Positions 39,430-48,145 of a DNA stretch of 64,000 bases are shown here, piece by piece. This DNA is from Parcubacteria bacterium C7867-008 (GTDB lineage: Bacteria > Patescibacteriota > Minisyncoccia > Phycocordibacterales > Phycocordibacteraceae), in NCBI GenBank assembly GCA_001189215.1, contig LFCR01000006.1, positions 67,550-131,549 on the forward strand. The letters run 5' to 3'. Position numbers and translations under genes: made by a program. The notes under the pieces are model-generated. The model was given only the letters and a program-made list of their open reading frames with translations. It was not told the DNA's origin and searched no databases. Position 1 is the first letter of the stretch. Each line of letters begins with the position of its first letter.

Positions 39430-39533
39430 AATTGACTTTTTATAATATAAGTGTATTATACATTTACTAACCATGTGGTTAGCTTTCAGACCCGGATGGG
39501 TTCAGAGAGACGGATGTCTCAGAAAGATCAAAC

Positions 39534-39956
39534 ATGTTCTCTAGAAAAGCAAAGAAGCCAGGCTCAAATCTTGAGCGAATCTTAAGTGAGTTTCCATGGC
39601 TTTGGGCAGTTCGCCAGCAGTGGGTAGAGCCCGAAGAAGGACATTTCCTTCACATTAGTGCTGGTGACGCCAATCTACATTTTCTCAAATTTGGGATCCT
39701 TGGACGAAGAGGATCCTTCAAGCAGGGGGGAGTCTGGATCGTCTCACGCTCGGGAAAGACGACCTCCATCGACCAGGTTAACGTCGTTGAATATCGTCAG
39801 TGGTTCACTGATCAGATGTTTGAGGCCCGTCCTGACGAAACCTTCCAGATCACCCATCTGGTGCTTGATAGCAGGGAGTGGAATCAGGTTCAGATATTCC
39901 GTATGCCACCCCAGTTCGATCCTGAACACGTCTCATGGTTTAGTGGAAACTACTGA
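39534..39956 (+). CDS. hypothetical protein (cassette 9)
   Basis: TTGACT..TATTAT promoter after A5; GGCCGCC/GGCGGCC-TTTT terminator. Confidence 0.75.
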   Translation: MFSRKAKKPGSNLERILSEFPWLWAVRQQWVEPEEGHFLHISAGDANLHFLKFGILGRRGSFKQGGVWIVSRSGKTTSIDQVNVVEYRQWFTDQMFEARPDETFQITHLVLDSREWNQVQIFRMPPQFDPEHVSWFSGNY

Positions 39957-40013
39957 CCATACACGCATGTTGGCCGCCTCAATCCTGGGGCGGCCTTTTA
40001 ATTACACAAATTT

Positions 40014-40040
40014 GTTCGAATATCGTCCCAGACGGCCAGG
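40014..40040 (+). repeat. att-like repeat B4
   Basis: GTTCGAATATCGTCCCAGACGGCCAGG. Confidence 0.9.
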
Positions 40041-40157
40041 GCTCCTGGAAGCTGGTCGAGATCTCGATAATCCCAGCCGGAGTCCCATCCTTTTCTACGA
40101 TGAGGTGAACGAAGCCGATGAAACGCAAAAAAGTAGATCATATGCACGTATGCAAAT

Positions 40158-40191
40158 AAATGAAAAACCGCCGTACGGCGGCTTTTCATTT
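40158..40191. terminator. intrinsic terminator
   Basis: AAATGAAAA(A)CCGCCG / CGGCGG(C)TTTTCATTT. Confidence 0.7.
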
Positions 40192-40221
40192 CATCGCAGT
40201 TTGATGCGTGCGAGTACGTAA

Positions 40222-41070
40222 CTAATCTTGAACCAAGACCGTAGTGCCAAGCGGAGTCCACTCATACAGCTTCTTAGCTATATCAGGAGGGAGGTTCACA
40301 CACCCATGAGACCATTGTTTCCCAAACATTGTGTGCCAGTAAGCACCGTGTATGGCTCCTCCTTCTTTCGTGAAGTATATATTCCATGGCACCCCGGGCA
40401 GATCATAATACTGATCCGATATACCCGGAAGAGGTCCTTGCATGTAGCGGCTCGGCGTCTTTCGATACACCGTAAAGATACCTCGAGGGGTAGGTGTAAG
40501 ATCAAGCCCTGTCGAGATTGATGCTTGCAGGAAAAGCGAGCCCCCATCATAGGCATACAAGACCTGTTCGGAACGATCAATAAGGATTCGTTTCGTAGTG
40601 CTGGAAACAGTTGCGGGAGAGTGTTCTTCAGTCGGTATATCGAAAACTGGGCCCGTAACCTCGGAAGCTACATACCAGGTGTCATGTATGCGCTCTGGAT
40701 ACCGTACCCATTCGTTGAAGACAACCTCATGCCATTCTCGGCCCGTAGTGTCGATAACTGTAGTCGTACCGACTGCAAGCACGATCCCTGAACGAAGCTT
40801 GGCAACTATAGGAGCCGTGGTGGTCGGTGCTGAACGGGCATTCGCACATGAGCCGACAAGGTATGGATCGCACCCTTCGATAATCTCCACGTAGTGAACC
40901 GAAGAAACAGGAGTTTCTTGGATTTGCGATACATCCGGCACTATGTCTATCAGGGTTGATTCACTTGAGAGAGTTGGAAAGGAAAGCGAGAGAGCGATAA
41001 TCCCTAAACAAAATAAAGCCAACCCCACCAGAGGCTTCGCTCTGCGAATTTGTGCCAGAAACGCGTGCAT
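40222..41070 (-). CDS. L,D-transpeptidase (YkuD) with SH3-like domain
   Basis: TPRG, AIHGAYWH..SHGCVNL. Confidence 0.92.
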   Translation of the reverse strand: MHAFLAQIRRAKPLVGLALFCLGIIALSLSFPTLSSESTLIDIVPDVSQIQETPVSSVHYVEIIEGCDPYLVGSCANARSAPTTTAPIVAKLRSGIVLAVGTTTVIDTTGREWHEVVFNEWVRYPERIHDTWYVASEVTGPVFDIPTEEHSPATVSSTTKRILIDRSEQVLYAYDGGSLFLQASISTGLDLTPTPRGIFTVYRKTPSRYMQGPLPGISDQYYDLPGVPWNIYFTKEGGAIHGAYWHTMFGKQWSHGCVNLPPDIAKKLYEWTPLGTTVLVQD

Positions 41071-41200
41071 ATTCAGACTATATACCCTTAAGGAAGTTTT
41101 TAGCTAAATGTACAATTTCAAATATGAATCACATATCTAAACTTATTTCTGTTGGTACAGCCAATAGAAGGTTTCTAAACCTCACTGATATAATTACTTG

Positions 41201-41605
41201 ATGGAGAATTATTTGAGGTATAAGGAATATCGAAAGCCTACATGGGCTCCTCCTTCTTGGGTGTTCGCACCTGTATGGACGATTCTGTACCTACTGATCG
41301 GAATTTCTTTTGGGTATGTATTTTTCTTGTATCTTAACAAAACTCTTCCTTTCATCGTGCTACTCCCATTTCTTTTGAATTTGCTCTTCAATTTCTCCTA
41401 TACTCCTATACAGTTCCGATTACGAAATTTCTCCCTCGCACTTATAGATATAGTTCTTGTGGACATTACCCTAGTCTGGGCACTTTTGTCTGTACACACA
41501 CATGTACCTTGGGTTGTCTATATAAACCTTCCGTATCTCGCATGGGTGTTGTTTGCTACTGTTCTTCAGATTTCAGTAACCGTATTGAATAGCAAAAGAA
41601 GGTAA
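41201..41605 (+). CDS. tspO: TspO/MBR family protein
   Basis: KPTWAPPSWVFAPVWTILY, PYLAWVLFA. Confidence 0.9.
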   Translation: MENYLRYKEYRKPTWAPPSWVFAPVWTILYLLIGISFGYVFFLYLNKTLPFIVLLPFLLNLLFNFSYTPIQFRLRNFSLALIDIVLVDITLVWALLSVHTHVPWVVYINLPYLAWVLFATVLQISVTVLNSKRR

Positions 41606-41639
41606 TATCGTTAGGCTCTGGTGGTCTTGTACTCTCTAA

Positions 41640-42113
41640 TTACGTGTCGCTTTGCAACACACTAGAGAAAGCTTCCTTTGAGGCATTTGTTTCACTGAAG
41701 TCACCAAAACGAATCCACGTTGGAACGAGCTTGAAGAGTAATGGTTTTGCTGCATCCATGTGTGTTATCGGTGCTGATGGTTTTCCTTCAGGGAAGAGTC
41801 GTGAGGTGAGCTCAGAGAGCATCGGACCAAAGGTGGCCGTGTCTGTGATTTCTTCAAACACACCTTCGATCTGCAGCGTCTGATTCTTTTCAGTGTCGGT
41901 TACTACGAATGCTGCCTGAGGATGTGAATGCATATCACTCACCTTGCGTGTGTTTGCAAGAGTGAGGAGATATACAGATAGGGAATCATCGCATGAGTAA
42001 TAAAGCGTTCGAACGCGTGGAGTTCCTTCCGCAGATACTGTTGCAAGAGAGCCGCAGGAATGCGCTTTAAGAAAGGTCAAAGCATCAGATCTTTGCATTT
42101 GTGGTGTATTCAT
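41640..42113 (-). CDS. pyridoxamine 5'-phosphate oxidase-like FMN-binding protein
   Basis: LATVSAEGTPRVR, TRKV, LQIEG. Confidence 0.82.
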   Translation of the reverse strand: MNTPQMQRSDALTFLKAHSCGSLATVSAEGTPRVRTLYYSCDDSLSVYLLTLANTRKVSDMHSHPQAAFVVTDTEKNQTLQIEGVFEEITDTATFGPMLSELTSRLFPEGKPSAPITHMDAAKPLLFKLVPTWIRFGDFSETNASKEAFSSVLQSDT

Positions 42114-42218
42114 TGCATAAGTATACACGCTGTAAGAATGTTCGATATCCTCTTAAATAACGAGCGAGGGCGGACAAGGTACCCTCCAATAGGTAAAGGT
42201 TGATGCTACCATTTCAAT

Positions 42219-42818
42219 ATGTTTGATCTGAGGATATATATAGTCATAGTTGCTTCTGTCCTGGCAGTCATTGGCAACGTCTCCTATCTTAGGGATGTCC
42301 TTACCGAGAAGGTAAAACCGCATCCGTACACCTGGTTTATATGGTCAATAGTGTCTATGACAACATTCTTCGGTGGACTCGCAAAAGGTGCGGGTATTGG
42401 AGTTATACCCACAGGTATCGCTGAATGCTTTACGATCATCATCTTCCTTCTCTCGCTCAAGTATGTATTTAAGGATCGTGCCCTGCATATTCGAGCCATC
42501 GATACGTACTTTCTTGTTGCTGCGTTGTTGGGGCTTATTCCGTGGTTCCTTACCAAGGACCCAACTATTTCTGTAGTCATTGTGGTTGTGATAGATATCA
42601 TTGCCTTCATTCCAACACTTCGAAAGACTTGGGAGCATCCTGAAACGGAGAAGCCGCTTCTCTATGGTATGAATGTCGGACGCCACGTACTCACTCTACT
42701 GTCCCTAAGTTCATACAATATCGCCACCACTATTCATTCGATTGCGATGATTGTTACGAATACGCTTATGGTGTTTTTCATTCGAAGAAAAGGGTTAAGA
42801 ATAACAGAGTCCACCTGA
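42219..42818 (+). CDS. multi-TM hypothetical protein
   Basis: KPHPYTWFIW, FIPTLRKTW..PETE. Confidence 0.8.
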   Translation: MFDLRIYIVIVASVLAVIGNVSYLRDVLTEKVKPHPYTWFIWSIVSMTTFFGGLAKGAGIGVIPTGIAECFTIIIFLLSLKYVFKDRALHIRAIDTYFLVAALLGLIPWFLTKDPTISVVIVVVIDIIAFIPTLRKTWEHPETEKPLLYGMNVGRHVLTLLSLSSYNIATTIHSIAMIVTNTLMVFFIRRKGLRITEST

Positions 42819-42966
42819 AAGAAATATATTCACCTTAAACGGTGTACTAGATAGGGAATAGCATAGTGAAATATTTATAAAAATCTACCATTTAAACCCA
42901 TGAGCGATATCAGACTCATCTTTCTGCGTGGAGAGGGGTCTGCGCTACCTGCGCTACACTAGACCT

Positions 42967-43539
42967 ATGCACGACCAAGTTTCAACAGACGAAGAGCTTG
43001 CAGCGCTCGTGCAGCGTGGTGATGTTGAACGATTCGGTATGCTTATGGTTCGGTATGAGCCAAAGTTGATGAGATACGGTTCACGCTTCCTTGCGCAAAC
43101 CGATGACATTCGAGAGATCGTTCAAGACGTCTTTATTAAGACGTACCAGGATATACAGTCCTTTGATACCACTCAAAGATTTTCACCGTGGATTTATCGC
43201 ATAGCGCATAATACGTTTGCAAATGAATTACGACGAAAGAGTCGTAACCCTATACGCCTTCCTGATTTCGACATATTACTAAGTCATTCTGCTGCGATAG
43301 AATCGTCTGATAGTGAAAGCGAACGGGCCAGTCTGGCTCGCATGGTAGAAAGAGGGTTGAATAGTATCTCACCTAAATATCGGGAAGTCCTGGTACTCTA
43401 TTTTATGGAAGAACTCTCCTATAAGGAGATAGCCGATGTTCTCCGAGTGCCCGTTAATACCGTTGGTGTGCGGCTTGCTCGAGCAAAATCGGCTCTTAAA
43501 GCTTCTTATACGGAGCGCAACATATCCTATGAACAATAA
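42967..43539 (+). CDS. ECF RNA polymerase sigma factor
   Basis: VQDVFIK, FSPWIYRIAHN, LSYKEIA..VNTVGVRLARAK. Confidence 0.92.
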   Translation: MHDQVSTDEELAALVQRGDVERFGMLMVRYEPKLMRYGSRFLAQTDDIREIVQDVFIKTYQDIQSFDTTQRFSPWIYRIAHNTFANELRRKSRNPIRLPDFDILLSHSAAIESSDSESERASLARMVERGLNSISPKYREVLVLYFMEELSYKEIADVLRVPVNTVGVRLARAKSALKASYTERNISYEQ

Positions 43540-44251
43540 TTCACAACATGATCAGTTTCAGAACGAAGTCTTGGAACGTATTCGTTCTGGACAGCTTCAG
43601 ATGAAGCCACGGTTATTTTTTGTGCTCAAGTCAGTATGTATCATTTTGATTACAGTATTCATTCTCCTTATATCAGTGTGGCTCGTAAGTTTCATATCAT
43701 TTGGTCTCCGTCTTACCGGTAATGAGTCTTTGCTCGGTTTCGGAGCGAAAGGGTCACTTATCTTCCTAGTACTCTTCCCATGGTGGCTTGCGCTCCTGGA
43801 TCTTGGATTGGTCGCGTTGTTAGCGTGGCTGGTGCGTCGCTTTTCATTCGGATACCGAAGACCTCTCTTATATCTCTTAATAGCTTTGACAGTCTGTGGC
43901 GCAGCTTCAGGTCTCTTGTTCGATCGGGAGACGCGATTCCACGATGATCGTTTTGAAGAAGCTGAGGCCGGAGAATTATTCGGTCCTCTAGAGTCCTTAT
44001 ATGAGAGCGCTCATTTGAAAGCACCTGAAGAGCATGGTGTGTATCGTGGATTTGTTCTGGATATTGGTGAACGATCCTTCACACTCACTCATGATGATAA
44101 CGATAATGATGAAGATGACGGAGAATGGACGGTGCTACCGCCAACCAATTTCGATATGAAGATGATACGAATTGGGGATAGGGTATATGTTGCAGGGGAG
44201 CGTGAAGATCAAGAAATAGAGGCGTACGGTCTACGTATCCTAGACCGTTAG
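43529..44251 (+). CDS. membrane protein, candidate anti-sigma factor
   Basis: Overlaps the sigma stop; three TMs and a beta-rich C-terminal domain. Confidence 0.7.
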   Translation: MNNNSQHDQFQNEVLERIRSGQLQMKPRLFFVLKSVCIILITVFILLISVWLVSFISFGLRLTGNESLLGFGAKGSLIFLVLFPWWLALLDLGLVALLAWLVRRFSFGYRRPLLYLLIALTVCGAASGLLFDRETRFHDDRFEEAEAGELFGPLESLYESAHLKAPEEHGVYRGFVLDIGERSFTLTHDDNDNDEDDGEWTVLPPTNFDMKMIRIGDRVYVAGEREDQEIEAYGLRILDR

Positions 44252-44291
44252 CAGAATGAAATAAAAGAGTGCTGTCAGGTGTACTACGAGT

Positions 44292-44486
44292 ATGTCTACA
44301 CAAACTCTTACCTACGCGCTGTATGTCTGTCTCGAATGCGGATGGATATATGACGAAACGCTCGGCATGCCTGAGCGCGGTATCCCACCAGGAACTAAAT
44401 GGGAGACTCTCCCTGATGATTTTAAATGTGGTGACTGTGATATTCAGAAGCGCGATACCCATATGTGGCAGAAACTTCCCGTATGA
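44292..44486 (+). CDS. rubredoxin
   Basis: CLECGWIYD..G.P..GIPPGTKWETLPDDFKCGDC. Confidence 0.92.
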   Translation: MSTQTLTYALYVCLECGWIYDETLGMPERGIPPGTKWETLPDDFKCGDCDIQKRDTHMWQKLPV

Positions 44487-44848
44487 AAAAGGATACCAAG
44501 ATATTTTTCTCCACCGTTTTGGGTATACCGTTATTTTTGAGTGCAGTATGGGGAGTACATGCCGCCGACGAAAGGAGTACTGTGGTCTTTCAACGTGATG
44601 AGACTATAGAAGTTACCCCTGAAATTCCTGAGCCAATCGAAGCACCTAAGCAGGTGGCTATCGCAACAGTGACCCCAAAAGCTCCTGTTCAAAAACCTAA
44701 GGCAGTAAAGGTTGCAGTGCAGCCTGTGGTAGTTCCACCGCCAGAAGTTGCACCTGTCGTTGCTGTGGTTATTGAGCCATCATCTCCGGAGCCAGCTCCT
44801 AAGAAGCCAGTCGCTGTGAAGAAGTCTCGTCGTACACGCGCAAGTTAA
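44483..44848 (+). CDS. exported Pro/Val-rich protein ending in TRAS
   Basis: Signal/TM, low-complexity stalk, RRTRAS terminus. Confidence 0.7.
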   Translation: MKKDTKIFFSTVLGIPLFLSAVWGVHAADERSTVVFQRDETIEVTPEIPEPIEAPKQVAIATVTPKAPVQKPKAVKVAVQPVVVPPPEVAPVVAVVIEPSSPEPAPKKPVAVKKSRRTRAS

Positions 44849-44852
44849 TGCC

Positions 44853-45779
44853 ATGGAGGAATTCGACTATGAAAAGAGAGTGATGGGTTCAGAGGCTAGT
44901 ATCAGTATCGTTGCTGATGATCGTGCCACCTCTGATGTCCTTGCTAGAACTCTCTTTGAGATTGCGGAAAAAGAGGAGGCGCGGTTCTCACGATTCCGAA
45001 AAGACAGTGAGCTTTCACGGCTCAATAGTGAACGTGCAATTAAAGTTTCCGCAGAGTTCATGGATGCACTTCTGCTTGGGAGAGAGCTATACCGTAAATC
45101 TTCAGGGGTATTTAATCCGCTCGTTGATATATCACGTTTCGGATACGACGCAGATATAAGTGTAATAAAAGGTACGGAACGTACGGGCAATGATGGTGCA
45201 CCATACAACACAGACATGGAGGCTATCCATATTGACCAAGAGACCATGAGTGTTTCTCTTCAGGTAGGACAGAATCTCGATTTCGGTGGCTTCATAAAAG
45301 CGCACACCGCAGAGAAGATGGCGATGGCTGCATTAAATTGCCAAGGGGTTCTTGTGAATCTTGGGGGAGACATATATGCTCGTGGACTTGATGCAGAGGG
45401 TAAGCCTTTCGTCTTCATGGTGCAACACCCAACTGACCCAAACGTTGATCTCTCATTCATCGCGACTAATGTAGGAATCGCAACGAGTGGATCATATAAC
45501 CGTCACTGGAAGTATCGAGGTACTCCGTTCTTTCACATACTCGACAGCACAGGAAGTAAGAATCCAATAACCGAAATCCTATCAGCAACCATTATCTCCA
45601 GGACAGGAGCGGAAGCTGACGCATATGCGACCGCAGCTCTCGCCCTTGGTGCCGAGGCTGGTGGGGAATTCCTGACAGAGAATGGATGCGAGTACTGTTT
45701 CATCTTAACGGATGGGAGTTCTATATGTTCTCGTTCGTTCCCAATGATTCAACAATCTACTGTAAATTCTTATGCCTAG
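44853..45779 (+). CDS. apbE: FAD:protein FMN transferase
   Basis: VMGS, SRF..DSELSRLN, LDFGGFIK, NLGGDI, ATSG, HILD, ADAYATA. Confidence 0.92.
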   Translation: MEEFDYEKRVMGSEASISIVADDRATSDVLARTLFEIAEKEEARFSRFRKDSELSRLNSERAIKVSAEFMDALLLGRELYRKSSGVFNPLVDISRFGYDADISVIKGTERTGNDGAPYNTDMEAIHIDQETMSVSLQVGQNLDFGGFIKAHTAEKMAMAALNCQGVLVNLGGDIYARGLDAEGKPFVFMVQHPTDPNVDLSFIATNVGIATSGSYNRHWKYRGTPFFHILDSTGSKNPITEILSATIISRTGAEADAYATAALALGAEAGGEFLTENGCEYCFILTDGSSICSRSFPMIQQSTVNSYA

Positions 45780-46398
45780 CAAAACCTTCTTCGCATTCAC
45801 CGCATCACTTCAAGAGTTATTGCTTGTAATAAGTATTGGAATACTGCTGATACTACCGGTAACTCTTGCATACATTCCTTCGTACCTGCCAACATGGTCA
45901 TACACGGCGCTATTCGGTGTCTCACTTTTTGCAGTATTTCTGGTACTAGCTATACGACCTCTCGCGGATTTACTACCGAACATCACATGGATTCGGCCAC
46001 TGGTGATCCTGCGTAAAGGGTTTGGTGTACTGTCTGCCTCCATAATCGTTGGAATAATGCTTTCAAAGTTTATGACTGACGGAGTCTACTATGCACTGGA
46101 TTTCTTTAGCCTAGAACATTGGTCCCTTCAGGGAGCTTCGATTCTTGCCCCTATAGGCGATCTATCGGCCCTCATACTTCTTGTGACATCAAATAAGTTC
46201 TCAAAGCGCGTGCTTGGTACGGATTGGAAACGAATCCAGAAGCTAGCGTACGTGTATTTCTATGCAGGCGCACTATACGAATATCTTCTGCTCGGCCAAA
46301 TTCTCGCGCTCATTGCAATGATTATTGTCACTATTTTAGTTCTCGCCGCGTATAGGAAGAATCATCCGGTATATAAACCAATCCTTCAATCGGTATGA
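45772..46398 (+). CDS. ferric reductase-like (MsrQ-like) transmembrane protein
   Basis: IRPL, LRKGFG, LLVTSN..S.R.LG..WKRIQKLAY. Confidence 0.78.
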   Translation: MPSKTFFAFTASLQELLLVISIGILLILPVTLAYIPSYLPTWSYTALFGVSLFAVFLVLAIRPLADLLPNITWIRPLVILRKGFGVLSASIIVGIMLSKFMTDGVYYALDFFSLEHWSLQGASILAPIGDLSALILLVTSNKFSKRVLGTDWKRIQKLAYVYFYAGALYEYLLLGQILALIAMIIVTILVLAAYRKNHPVYKPILQSV

Positions 46399-47096
46399 AT
46401 ATAAAACGTATGACCGCTCATATAGCTGCAGCGAATGATATCTCGCCCACGGCACGGGAAGTCGTCCTTGATTTGCCAGAACCGTTAAACTTTATACCTG
46501 GTGCGTTTGTAAATGTGTTTATGGAAATTGAAGGAGTCCGTGCGCGTCGTGCGTACTCGATTTCTTCAGATGAAACTATTCAGGACGTCATTACACTAAC
46601 TATACGTAAGGGAAGTCTTGGTGGTATGAGCGAACGCTTCTGGGATGAATCAATAACTGCAATTCCTGTTGAAATAATGGGACCGCTTGGGCTTAATACA
46701 TCTGACAAAATCTCAGGCACGAGAGTGTTTCTCTTTGGATTCGGCATAGGTGTTTCCGTGATAAAGGGATTACTACCGCATCTTCTTCGAAGGAAAAATC
46801 TCAAAGAGATAACAGTCATGATCGCAAGCAGGAATGAGGAGGAGGCTTTGTACAAGGAATTCTTTGAAGAGCAGCTAATACATAACCCTCATCTCAAACT
46901 GAAGATGGTCCTTTCACAGCCGTTTGATCCTAAGTACCCATATAAGGGACACCTACAAGATCATATTAATGGCTTAGATTTTACCGATGCATCGATATAC
47001 ATTTGTGGCTCAAAAGTTGCTACGGAATCTTTAAGAGATGCGATAGAGAATGAGGGTAAGAAAGTGGGTGAATTCTTTCTCGAAGCATTTGATTAA
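46395..47096 (+). CDS. FAD/NAD(P)-binding oxidoreductase (FNR-like)
   Basis: RAYSISS, GPLG, GIGVS, YICG, EAF. Confidence 0.88.
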   Translation: MNIKRMTAHIAAANDISPTAREVVLDLPEPLNFIPGAFVNVFMEIEGVRARRAYSISSDETIQDVITLTIRKGSLGGMSERFWDESITAIPVEIMGPLGLNTSDKISGTRVFLFGFGIGVSVIKGLLPHLLRRKNLKEITVMIASRNEEEALYKEFFEEQLIHNPHLKLKMVLSQPFDPKYPYKGHLQDHINGLDFTDASIYICGSKVATESLRDAIENEGKKVGEFFLEAFD

Positions 47097-47099
47097 TGA

Positions 47100-47573
47100 T
47101 TACGAATCCTCTGCGATTAGTTCGGAAAGTACATCACTCGTATGTTTTCCAGAAGTGAAATCACCCCAGCGGATCCATGTAGGTGTTATGCGGAACAGTT
47201 TCACCACAGCTGCATCAAAGTGAGTAAGGGGAGCCTGATATGTTGTATTAGATTGTAGTTGTCTAAATACAGACTGCACGGTCTCGTCTGAGACTGGAAT
47301 GTCAGAGACATCTTTTGCAATACCTTCGATCTCGACTGCTTGTGGTACGTTTTCGTTTGACACACTAAAAGCAACTTCTGCACGGTGTTTAATATCCTCG
47401 ACCTTACGTGTGCTTATAAGTGTGAGGAAATAGATAGAAAAATCCTCACCGCAGACGTAATAGACCATACGGGAGCGTGGAGTTCCGTCAGGTGAAAGTG
47501 TCGAAAGTACACCGGTATTGTTTGACTTCAGGAAAGAAAGGGCCGCGGCCTTTTTGGTGTTCGATGTATCCAT
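47100..47573 (-). CDS. pyridoxamine 5'-phosphate oxidase-like protein (paralog)
   Basis: LSTLSPDGTPRSR, TRKV, PTWIRWGDF. Confidence 0.82.
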   Translation of the reverse strand: MDTSNTKKAAALSFLKSNNTGVLSTLSPDGTPRSRMVYYVCGEDFSIYFLTLISTRKVEDIKHRAEVAFSVSNENVPQAVEIEGIAKDVSDIPVSDETVQSVFRQLQSNTTYQAPLTHFDAAVVKLFRITPTWIRWGDFTSGKHTSDVLSELIAEDS

Positions 47574-47655
47574 GCCACAAGTATACTCCTTGGCACTAAT
47601 TCTGCGATATACTTTATGCAACCAGATCACTGGCTAGTAAAGAACATCAGAAACT

Positions 47656-48135
47656 ATGGATAATGATACAAAACTAACGCGTTCGTTCACTGGATACGTT
47701 GCCACGCTCCTATTCTTCGGTGTTGGAGCGATAACTACGATCGGCATGGCATGGTACTCAAGCCTTAATCTTCCTTCTTGGACACCACCAGAACTGCTCG
47801 TTGCATTAATATGGTTCGTACTATTTGTTCTTACTGCCTGCTCTGTAGCGGTGTTTTGGGAGAGGTCTAAGAGAAGCGAACGATCTTTCGCTTGGATACT
47901 CAACCTATACATGGAAAATGCCATGCTCGTTCTCCTTTGGAACTACGTTTTCTTCGGTCTGCACAATCTAACTCTAGCCTTTGGCGTAGCGATCCTTATT
48001 GGTGTCATGGTACTGATTATTGTGATAAAGCTCTGGAAAGAAGTTCGCCTCGCCGCATTGCTACTCCTCCCATACTTACTATGGATGTTAGTTGCGCTGA
48101 TGCTTACCTATCAGATCATGATTCTAAATCCTTAA
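47656..48135 (+). CDS. TspO/MBR family protein (divergent paralog)
   Basis: WYSSLNLPSWTPP, LLPYLLWM. Confidence 0.82.
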   Translation: MDNDTKLTRSFTGYVATLLFFGVGAITTIGMAWYSSLNLPSWTPPELLVALIWFVLFVLTACSVAVFWERSKRSERSFAWILNLYMENAMLVLLWNYVFFGLHNLTLAFGVAILIGVMVLIIVIKLWKEVRLAALLLLPYLLWMLVALMLTYQIMILNP

Positions 48136-48145
48136 GACCTATCAT

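Larger units (their letters stand above)
33457..40040. mobile_element. array of nine single-gene cassettes delimited by 27-bp att-like repeats
   Basis: Nine direct repeats of two types, one ORF between each consecutive pair. Confidence 0.78.

Noticed and set aside
33430-40040. 27-bp repeats as a CRISPR array
   Set aside because: Intervals are 0.3-1.5 kb and contain whole genes, two repeat types alternate, and no cas genes are present.
33430-40040. Classical integron attC sites
   Set aside because: No tyrosine integrase in the window; the sites are not palindromic and lack RYYYAAC...GTTRRRY ends.
39998-40261. 87-aa minus-strand ORF ending in LAVWDDIRTNLCN as a recombinase remnant
   Set aside because: Only the repeat-encoded tail resembles the recombinase; the rest crosses a terminator and overlaps the L,D-transpeptidase end.
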